A stretch of 64,000 nucleotides of DNA from a virus (taxonomy: Duplodnaviria; Heunggongvirae; Uroviricota; Caudoviricetes), in IMG/VR virus record IMGVR_UViG_3300012943_000028, positions 32,001 to 96,000 of that record, one strand, 5' to 3'. The notes below the pieces were generated by a model. That model had not been told where the DNA came from, did no database searches, and worked only from the letters and a program-made list of their open reading frames with translations. The translations under genes were made by a program, and so were the position numbers. Of this stretch, positions 57,024 to 64,000 are shown one piece after another. Each line of letters starts with the position of its first letter. Position 1 is the stretch's first letter.

Positions 57024-57782
57024 TTATGGAGCATCACCATTGATTTCAATGGTGCCATATTCAGACCCTGGTGCAAATGGTGACAGGTTACCATCGCTAT
57101 CGTACTCGTCCACCCTGAAGCCGTTCATGTCTCCGATCCTAATGAGGATGCTGCGGACCAGCTCACTACGAACATCAACTGGCATGGACAGCCAGATCGG
57201 CATGTCAAAGTTCAAGGTCCAGACGATGACCCTGCGGTCACCACCTGGTGGGTAGTTCTCTTCATTGTTGATGCCGGTAAGCTCAACGGACGTGATCTTA
57301 GTCCAGTCAAAGGCAGCGTCGGTCTTCTGGAGCTGGAGAGTTGGGTCAAACAGCACGAGCAGCTGCTCAAGAATCTGGTGAAGCTGGTCGGTGTTCGATG
57401 CGTACAACGCCAGCTCAAGCGACATCATGTACGGGATTGGCATGACACGGGTCACGGTCTTGATGTCGTTAGGCCAAGCTCCACCTTCTGGTAGGAAGGC
57501 ACGACGATCTACGACACCAACACCCTTACGAAGCTGTGGGGCCATAGAGATGGCAGTCATCTGGGCGGCCATCATTGGCAGCGAGATTGGCTTGTTCTGC
57601 GTGTTGCCTGCCTCGATAGCTGCCACAACACGGTCCTTGCTGCCGATGCGAATTGGAACGGTGATGAATTCTTCCTCGGCGCACTCACCCTTGCCTGTCC
57701 TCACATTGAGGCCGGCAAAGATGTAGCAGAACTGAAGCAGGTACTTCCTGATCTGCTGGTCGTAGAAATAATGGTTGATCAT
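57024..57782 (-). CDS. tail sheath stabilizer/terminator (gp15-like)
   Basis: YFYDQQIRKYLLQF, VPIRIG, MPIPY, QILEQLLVLFDP. Confidence 0.85.
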   Translation of the reverse strand: MINHYFYDQQIRKYLLQFCYIFAGLNVRTGKGECAEEEFITVPIRIGSKDRVVAAIEAGNTQNKPISLPMMAAQMTAISMAPQLRKGVGVVDRRAFLPEGGAWPNDIKTVTRVMPIPYMMSLELALYASNTDQLHQILEQLLVLFDPTLQLQKTDAAFDWTKITSVELTGINNEENYPPGGDRRVIVWTLNFDMPIWLSMPVDVRSELVRSILIRIGDMNGFRVDEYDSDGNLSPFAPGSEYGTIEINGDAP

Positions 57783-57785
57783 TCG

Positions 57786-58892
57786 TTACACTCCGAAGTC
57801 GCGCTTGAACTTCAGCCTTGAGGCCTTGTCGTGGCCAAAATATGCGTCGGCATCGGCGCCCTGAAGTGATGCAGTACGGATAAGCTTCTTGATGAAGCGC
57901 TCCTCACTTGGGTCAAACGATGAGTTGAGCTTCTTAGCAGTTCTTGCAAGTGTATTTACAAGCACCATCAGCTCATCACGACCGCTACCTTGCTCTGAAG
58001 CGTCTGCGTAGTTCTTCCACGCACGAGCGATCTCGTGCTCATGGCGATACAGGCGCATGAGTTCTTCAGGCAACGGCTCATTCGTTGTTACAGATGAGTT
58101 GGCCTCACCTGATGGGTTGAGCAGCGTTGCGAGGCGCTGAACGTATTCACCTTTCTGGATGGCTGGGTTGCTTGCCGTTTCAACGGCGTTTGCCATCTTG
58201 TTGACCTTCTTAGCAATGCCTTCAGCGTCCTTCTCGTAGCCAGAACCACCAGTTATCTTCAGCTCGATGAGACCGTCTTCCAGGCGGTCAAAGTTTGCAT
58301 GACCATCTGACCTCTTACCGAGATAGTTGAGGGCGGCCTTGTTGAAGGCCTCAGCTCCGAGTGGAAGGCGACCATTGGTCTTCACCTTGTGCATCATCAC
58401 CTCAAGCTGCGATGGGGTGAATGAGCGGCTCTGCTTTGCGAAGGCCGTCGATGCGCCAGGTGCGTCCATGAAAAGAACAAGCTTGACTGGGTCGAGCTTG
58501 TCGCTCAAGCCAGAAACGTGTGCTGAAGCTGTAAGGTAGTCACCATCGTTTGTGCGAAGGCCATTCTGCTCCATCCAGCTGGAGAGCTTACCAACGTAAT
58601 CATGGACTTTAGAAACTGGGATGAGCGGAGAGCTGATCTCCACGGCGCTAGTCGTGCCGGGAAGAACAGTCCACTTAGTGTTCGAGCGACGGGTGCGCTG
58701 CTGCTTTGCATCAGCGATCTCACCGAGTTCACCAGACAGAGATGATGCAACGTTCTTGAGAGTGTCGAGCTTTTCATCGGCCGTGAGTGGGTTACCGGCA
58801 AGCGCTGAGCTTGATGGAACATCAAGCCTGAACGTGAGCGCCACCTTTGGTGAGGCGCCAGCTTTTTCGGTAAGGAACTCTTTGAACTTCAC
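57786..58892 (-). CDS. amidoligase-like protein (degenerate) with capsid-targeting-like N-terminus
   Basis: MKFKEFLTEKA; VEISSP, LDPVKLVLF, IELKITGG..YE. Confidence 0.55.
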   Translation of the reverse strand: MKFKEFLTEKAGASPKVALTFRLDVPSSSALAGNPLTADEKLDTLKNVASSLSGELGEIADAKQQRTRRSNTKWTVLPGTTSAVEISSPLIPVSKVHDYVGKLSSWMEQNGLRTNDGDYLTASAHVSGLSDKLDPVKLVLFMDAPGASTAFAKQSRSFTPSQLEVMMHKVKTNGRLPLGAEAFNKAALNYLGKRSDGHANFDRLEDGLIELKITGGSGYEKDAEGIAKKVNKMANAVETASNPAIQKGEYVQRLATLLNPSGEANSSVTTNEPLPEELMRLYRHEHEIARAWKNYADASEQGSGRDELMVLVNTLARTAKKLNSSFDPSEERFIKKLIRTASLQGADADAYFGHDKASRLKFKRDFGV

Positions 58893-59065
58893 TGAAAGTA
58901 CCTTGCGTTAGAAACACCATGAACAGGCGGTTGACCGCTGTTGTTTGAGCGCGGTTGCGCTTCACCTGACGTTGCACGATAGCGCTTCAGCTCTAGCTTA
59001 GCCTTGATGTGCTTTCTCTTGAGCTCAGTCGCCGGGCCAGCGCTTAGAAAATCTTTGAACCTCAT
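58889..59065 (-). CDS. small basic protein, MRFKDFL N-terminus
   Basis: Not in the ORF track; ATGA and GTGA overlaps at its two ends. Confidence 0.55.
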   Translation of the reverse strand: MRFKDFLSAGPATELKRKHIKAKLELKRYRATSGEAQPRSNNSGQPPVHGVSNARYFQ

Positions 59066-59502
59066 GCGTCGTACACTTCCCTGCGCATGTCTTCTGGTGC
59101 GTAACCAGGTTTGCGACGCGTTCTCTCTGGAAGACCGTACAGCTGAGCTGGGATCGATGCTCCATGGGCAGGGTCACCACCTAGGTGGTAGTTCTGGTGG
59201 TTGCGATCAACCATCTGGTGCTCAGCCTTGTTGAGCGCCTTGAGAACTCTTTCTTCCTTGCTGAACGTGAACGTTCTCGTAACGATGTGGCCGCCCTGTT
59301 TCACAACACGAACCTTAAGCTCTCTGCTGATTGGAGAACCATCAAACAGGGCATCGCGTGCCGCCTTCTTTTCTGCCTTGGCCTTTGCTTCAGCCTCAGC
59401 TGCGGCCGTGCGCTCACCTGCTCGGCGAGCCTTACGCTCTGCCTTCTTTGCGGCCTTGCCAGGGTAGTTCTTACCCTCAGTGATGAATTCTTTGAATCTC
59501 AT
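59062..59502 (-). CDS. basic putative internal head protein
   Basis: MRFKEFITEGK followed by a Lys/Ala/Arg-rich helix. Confidence 0.6.
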   Translation of the reverse strand: MRFKEFITEGKNYPGKAAKKAERKARRAGERTAAAEAEAKAKAEKKAARDALFDGSPISRELKVRVVKQGGHIVTRTFTFSKEERVLKALNKAEHQMVDRNHQNYHLGGDPAHGASIPAQLYGLPERTRRKPGYAPEDMRREVYDA

Positions 59503-61418
59503 GTGAGCTTCTTCCCAATTGGTTGGTTCGTGTTAGACTGCAAGATCTTCTGAACGGATGGCTTGTGAGAGCTGTACTCGCCACGGCGATCCTGCTCAAG
59601 GAAGATCCAACGGTTTTTAGCCGCTGAGTATCTATAGAGACGTGGTGCAATGCGTGTCTCAGGCGCATAGCATAGACGGAAGTAGTCTCCATCTGCTGGT
59701 CCTGGCGTCGTTGGCAGTGAGAACCCCTCTCCATATGGCTCGCCATTTGGTGGCAGGCCAGCCTCGATGTAGAGGTTTGGATGCGCCGATGGAGATGGAT
59801 TTGAGAGAGCGGTTGGCTGTCCCTTTGCATTTGCAGGCGGAAGCGCCTGGCGAACTGGAATTCCAGCAACAGAGCGGATGTCATCTGACCCAATCTCTGG
59901 CACCGCATCAGAAGCGTTCTTGATGATCTCTTCTGTGGCAGTGAGAGGTGTAACGTTGAGCTGCTCGCCGATGCCATCAGTGAGGATCGCATCTGGTGTG
60001 AGGTACTTCTGCGTGTCGAGCGTACCAAAGATGTCGCGCGTTTCCTGTGATGGCAGAGCAATCTGTGCGTTGACACGGTACGTCAGCGGCTTGTTTGCTG
60101 GGTTGAAACCAGATGATGCCCAACCGGCATCGGTAACTTCTAGGAACTTGCGGACAGGCAGCAGGTTCTGGTCGTACTGCATCTCAGGGATGAGCTCGAT
60201 GATGTCGCCAATAACGATAGGGCGACCAAGCGCATAGGCCATCTGCGCAAATGAGAAGATGAAGGTGTACTGATCAAGGATGCTGAAGCCGAGCTTGCTG
60301 AGGTCGGTAACAGAATCTGTTGGAGAGTACTGTGCTTTCAGGAATACTGGCGTTGGGCTGTAGTCACGATCACGGTTCTCATTCAAGAATAGGTCTTGGA
60401 TGATGTTGATGTCTGTGCTCGTCTGTGGAGCGTCAAACACGTCAAGCGCTGCAACTTCCCAGTTGTTTGCGCCAGTAAACAGTGATGGGGTGACGCGTAC
60501 AGCCTTCACCTTCAGCGTTGTCTGGAAGTTGAGCATCTGCGGCGATGGTGACTGAATGACATTGAACAGCGCAACGCGTGTCCACACATAGTCGATCGCA
60601 ACCGAGAACATGTCGCCGCCAGCAAATGGTGTTGGGCCAGCGGTGATCGTAAAGTTGATGTACGTGCTGTAGAACGGCGTGCCTACCGTGGCGGTACCGA
60701 GACCGATGACAGTGCTGTCTGGCAGCATTGCATAAACGTTGAACGTCGTTGCAGTAATTGCAACGGCAGTAAGAATGCCCTGTGTGACATCTGATCCAGA
60801 GCTGTTTATCGTCATCAGCCCATCGCCAACACCAGTAAACGCTGGTGCGCCAGCGGTGACAGCACCATTTGTTACCTCAACGCGCACCTGCTGCGCGAAG
60901 TAACCAGGCGTGTTTGACTGTGTGATGGAGATTGCGCCAACGTTCGTCCACTTCTGCTTCTGTGGTTCATACTCGCTGTCGTTGTTCTGCGTCAGCTTAA
61001 TGCCAAAGTCAACACCAACGTAGGCGCTGCCTGGAACAGATGACCCTGAAACAAACGAGCGCCAAGGTGTGATGCCGTTGATGCCAGTTGGTGGGTAACC
61101 TGGAAATGATTGTGACGTGATGAGGCGACCGGCACTAAGCACAGAGCCATCGCCCTGCTGGTGGACACCGAGCAGAGGATAGATGTTGAGCGGAACGCCT
61201 GCGATGTTGAGCGTCTCGGCGATGTACTGCTCTTGGTTTGCTTGCTCGTTCTGAGCGCAGTTGTCAGGCGTAACATCGCTGATCTCCCAGTCACCAGTTG
61301 GAATGTCATGTGGGACATATGGGCCAATTGGCGGGTTTGGAGGCGTAATGTTTACGCTGCCGATCTGATCAGCGCATGCTAGCTCAGGCGGAAACTGCGG
61401 CTGCGGAGGAGTTGGCAT
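59499..61418 (-). CDS. neck protein (gp14-like) with inserted domains
   Basis: IQDLFLNENRDRDY, DLSKLGF, LGRPIVIGDIIEL; lies between gp13-like and gp15-like genes. Confidence 0.7.
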   Translation of the reverse strand: MPTPPQPQFPPELACADQIGSVNITPPNPPIGPYVPHDIPTGDWEISDVTPDNCAQNEQANQEQYIAETLNIAGVPLNIYPLLGVHQQGDGSVLSAGRLITSQSFPGYPPTGINGITPWRSFVSGSSVPGSAYVGVDFGIKLTQNNDSEYEPQKQKWTNVGAISITQSNTPGYFAQQVRVEVTNGAVTAGAPAFTGVGDGLMTINSSGSDVTQGILTAVAITATTFNVYAMLPDSTVIGLGTATVGTPFYSTYINFTITAGPTPFAGGDMFSVAIDYVWTRVALFNVIQSPSPQMLNFQTTLKVKAVRVTPSLFTGANNWEVAALDVFDAPQTSTDINIIQDLFLNENRDRDYSPTPVFLKAQYSPTDSVTDLSKLGFSILDQYTFIFSFAQMAYALGRPIVIGDIIELIPEMQYDQNLLPVRKFLEVTDAGWASSGFNPANKPLTYRVNAQIALPSQETRDIFGTLDTQKYLTPDAILTDGIGEQLNVTPLTATEEIIKNASDAVPEIGSDDIRSVAGIPVRQALPPANAKGQPTALSNPSPSAHPNLYIEAGLPPNGEPYGEGFSLPTTPGPADGDYFRLCYAPETRIAPRLYRYSAAKNRWIFLEQDRRGEYSSHKPSVQKILQSNTNQPIGKKLT

Positions 61419-61421
61419 TCA

Positions 61422-63302
61422 TTATCCCAAGAAGAACGACGTGTTGCCAAAGTTGACGCCACCGTTACCGACCTCATAGTCGTTTACCTGGCGGCGAAGC
61501 TCTGCCTTAAGCTCGGTTGAACGAGCGAGCAGCGTGTCACCGTTGAGGGTGAGGCCACCCTGAGCGCCAGGAAGGGTGCCGTACTTGCTGCGAATCAGAC
61601 CAAGCTGTTCCATGGCGTCGGCATATGCCCAATCCTGAATCCACATCTTTGTCCAGCGATCGTTGATGAGCTCCTGCTCCTCACGCTCCATGGTGCACTC
61701 AAGCACAACGCGTTCCTGCTGCTGAAGGAGGCGGCGCTGAAGTGTGAGCTCGCGGCGTGCCTCATTCCACGTGAAGGCGATGCTGCCTGCGAAGATGCGC
61801 TCATACACCTCTGAGAGCTGGTTCATGAGGTGGATGGAGAGCACGTCAACGTTCGAACCCTGGTAGAGCTGGTTGAAGAACGCCTGAGCATACAGGCCCG
61901 TCTCTGCTGATAGCGAAGAGATGCCGAGCTGGTTGATGCGGTGAATCTTGATCACGTTGACGACCTTGTCGGTCTTGTCACGTGGGTCGTTGAGGTAGTA
62001 GGTCTGCTGCCCACCACCTGCACCACCCGTGAGCGTGTATGAGATGAAGCGTGGCTCATAGGCATTGTCTAGGCGGCGACGTGCCTCGCCAAGTGCGTTG
62101 TTGATTGCGAGCTCGAAGTTTGCGTCTTTCAGCTCGATGCAGATTGCTGGGAAGCCCATCTGCGTCTTGACGGTCTGCTTGAGCTGCAGGCGTGCTGCGG
62201 CTGTACCATCTGTACCAACGCCGACCTTCTGCTGAAGTGGAACGCCCTGCTCTGCGGTATCTGCACGCTTCCAGCCCTCATCACCGGTCCAGACAAGAAG
62301 CTCGCGCGACGACGTCTGATAGAAGAAGTCGCCAACGTTTGGAATCGTTGGAAGGTATGGGCCGAAGTTGCTGTGATACGATGACGCAGCAACTGGGAAC
62401 CAGTCGGCGCCAATGAACACCTCGACCATGTCAGGTGTTGGGTTGTACCACTGGAGAACGCTTGCAAACTTGAGGTAGTACGTGTTAGGCGCCGAGATGG
62501 CAGCCTGATACGTGATGAAGATGAAGTCGCCAGTTGCAGGAGTTGCTGGGTACGTTGCGGCCTCAGTGATGCTCGTGAACGGTGCCCACGTACCACCCAT
62601 CTTGACGCGAGTGTTGGCGCCGGTGCAGAGCACCCATGCGGTGCCGTTGAAGTACTTCAGCTGGTTCGTGCCGTTGACGTAGAATAGCTGGCCTATTTCA
62701 ATCGGTGGAACTGGAGCTGTTGGAACTGGAAGCTGGTTGGCCTTGAGCCAAGCGCTCTGCGCGTTGTTCCATACAAGCACCGTGTTGGTGCTTGGATCGT
62801 AGTAGAGCTGACCCTCAGTTGGATTCTGTGGTGGAACCGTTGCCTGAGGAATTGAGCCCGCAAATGGGCTGCTCTTGCGCACCTGAGGATCATTGGCCTC
62901 AAGTGGGTACGACTGCACGCCTAGCGTGTAGTACTGAAGAACGTTTGACGCAGCGTGGATCGAAGCGTAGTAGAGCTTGTTTGGGTCAAGCGAGTTGACG
63001 GTGACCGTGGTCTGCGTCGTGCTGTCGCCAAAGAAGCCGTAGAAGGCAGCGACGACCTGGGCCTTACCGATCATGTCGACTGGAGTGCCGAACGCCGTAG
63101 AACCAGCGTAGCGGGTACCGTCGATTGGGAAGTCCTGAGCGGTCAGCGGTTCCTCAGAGACAAGAACGACCGCACCGTCATAGGCGACAGGTGTAGTTGG
63201 AAGTGTCCAAGTAAGCTGAAGGGTCGTAGGCGTTGGCTTGACGGCCGTCAGCGTCATTGCTCGACCATCAGTCCAAAGGTCGTGTGTTGTAACCTGAGTC
63301 AT
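61422..63302 (-). CDS. neck protein (gp13-like) with long N-terminal extension
   Basis: MGFPAICIEL, WIQDWAYA....LGLIRSKYGTLPGAQGGLTLNGDTL. Confidence 0.82.
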   Translation of the reverse strand: MTQVTTHDLWTDGRAMTLTAVKPTPTTLQLTWTLPTTPVAYDGAVVLVSEEPLTAQDFPIDGTRYAGSTAFGTPVDMIGKAQVVAAFYGFFGDSTTQTTVTVNSLDPNKLYYASIHAASNVLQYYTLGVQSYPLEANDPQVRKSSPFAGSIPQATVPPQNPTEGQLYYDPSTNTVLVWNNAQSAWLKANQLPVPTAPVPPIEIGQLFYVNGTNQLKYFNGTAWVLCTGANTRVKMGGTWAPFTSITEAATYPATPATGDFIFITYQAAISAPNTYYLKFASVLQWYNPTPDMVEVFIGADWFPVAASSYHSNFGPYLPTIPNVGDFFYQTSSRELLVWTGDEGWKRADTAEQGVPLQQKVGVGTDGTAAARLQLKQTVKTQMGFPAICIELKDANFELAINNALGEARRRLDNAYEPRFISYTLTGGAGGGQQTYYLNDPRDKTDKVVNVIKIHRINQLGISSLSAETGLYAQAFFNQLYQGSNVDVLSIHLMNQLSEVYERIFAGSIAFTWNEARRELTLQRRLLQQQERVVLECTMEREEQELINDRWTKMWIQDWAYADAMEQLGLIRSKYGTLPGAQGGLTLNGDTLLARSTELKAELRRQVNDYEVGNGGVNFGNTSFFLG

Positions 63303-63332
63303 TTAGCAAACCTTGAGGTGTAGCCCATCCGA

Positions 63333-63364
63333 TATTTATGCTGATTGGGCGGTGTTCCTAAATA
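63333..63364. promoter_or_regulatory. divergent pair of TAAATA late-type motifs
   Basis: TATTTA at 63333 (minus-strand TAAATA) and TAAATA at 63359 (plus), each facing a gene. Confidence 0.55.
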
Positions 63365-63382
63365 CCCGGGAGAGGAGAAAGC

Positions 63383-63604
63383 ATGACACTCAAAACACGT
63401 CCCAAGGTAGTCCCACACCTTCTCATGCCTGGCGAGACCATCACGGCCGCCATCAAGAAGCACAACCTCTACGATGTCAGCAAGCAGGAAATGGCGCAGC
63501 TTCTCAAGACCTTTACGGCCACAAACACCGCTGAGATTTTCCGTCCTGGAAACAGGGTGCTGGTACCAATCCTAGAGCGGCACCAGGCAGCCGTGTTTGG
63601 CTGA
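63383..63604 (+). CDS. small LysM-like protein
   Basis: HLLMPGETITAAIKKHN...N...IFRPGNRVLVP; GAGGAG RBS; the only convincing plus-strand gene. Confidence 0.6.
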   Translation: MTLKTRPKVVPHLLMPGETITAAIKKHNLYDVSKQEMAQLLKTFTATNTAEIFRPGNRVLVPILERHQAAVFG

Positions 63605-63817
63605 TCAGCCAGTAAGGAATTCGTTCAGAACGTCGATTTGAACCTCGAGCTCGACCTTCTTGGCCTTGAGGTTTGAGACTGCCGCAGCGCAGACGTCAGC
63701 ACCATGGGCGCGAGCCTGGCGTGGCCAATCTTCGGTCGTGAGGCGGTTGATGGACGCTGATACGAGCTTGTGCTCGTTGATCAACTTGTCTCTGTATTCT
63801 TCTGAGAACTGCTTCAT
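63605..63817 (-). CDS. small coiled-coil hypothetical protein
   Basis: MKQFSEEYRDKL with AAGGA RBS. Confidence 0.55.
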   Translation of the reverse strand: MKQFSEEYRDKLINEHKLVSASINRLTTEDWPRQARAHGADVCAAAVSNLKAKKVELEVQIDVLNEFLTG

Positions 63818-64000
63818 CGTAGATTCCTTATGTGATTTTCTGATGAGTGATAAAAGTCTGCGGAACATGCGTTATCCTATATTGTCGATCTCGTTTTCAA
63901 CCCAATCAAGGACGAGATCACGCTCTTCCTTTGACAGCACCTTCTTCTGGCGCTCTGTTGCGTAGGACATCAGGTACTTTAGCGCTGCGGTTGCAGAGTG

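Noticed and set aside
12-63323. Many plus-strand and alternate-frame ORFs in the track (e.g. 17182..18480, 25148..25888, 6050..6754)
   Set aside because: They are antisense shadows of well-supported minus-strand genes, with no motifs or RBS.
1-64000. CRISPR array, tRNA or rRNA genes
   Set aside because: No repeat-spacer periodicity or cloverleaf was seen by eye, and intergenic gaps are short. A tRNAscan/Infernal run would be needed to exclude them fully.
1-64000. Stop-codon reassignment
   Set aside because: Conserved genes are full length in the standard code, and TAG, TGA and TAA all occur as ends.

Overview
64 kb of a large (probably jumbo) lytic myovirus genome with a T4-like toolkit. 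Almost every gene is on the minus strand and densely packed, often with ATGA or TGATG overlaps. About 1-43.5 kb holds replication, recombination, nucleotide-metabolism and accessory genes: CCA-adding enzyme, a nucleotidyltransferase, clamp loader, dCMP deaminase, SF1 helicase, Thg1, an Acb1-like nuclease, NrdAB with glutaredoxin, GH108 endolysin, GuaC, UvsW/UvsY/UvsX, gp32-like SSB, SDR, methyltransferase, HD and kinase proteins, and flotillin. About 43.5-63.3 kb is the morphogenesis block: TerL, a TerS candidate, two gp4-like nucleases, tail tube, sheath, gp15, and gp13/gp14-like neck proteins. Two promoter classes recur: sigma70-like and a TAAATA late-type motif. Two observations stand out. 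(1) A cluster between the terminase genes encodes proteins with T4 internal-protein-like N-termini, including a 901-aa protein punctuated roughly every 70-90 aa by [ILV]-x-E|[ASG] motifs. It looks like a capsid-packaged polyprotein of small cargo domains, and one module of a neighbouring protein has a free-standing paralog. (2) A minimal DnaE (Pol III alpha) catalytic core is split into two small genes 7.7 kb apart whose ends abut in the DnaE alignment. All calls come from motif recognition by eye; no searches were run. Several start codons were adjusted from the ORF track.
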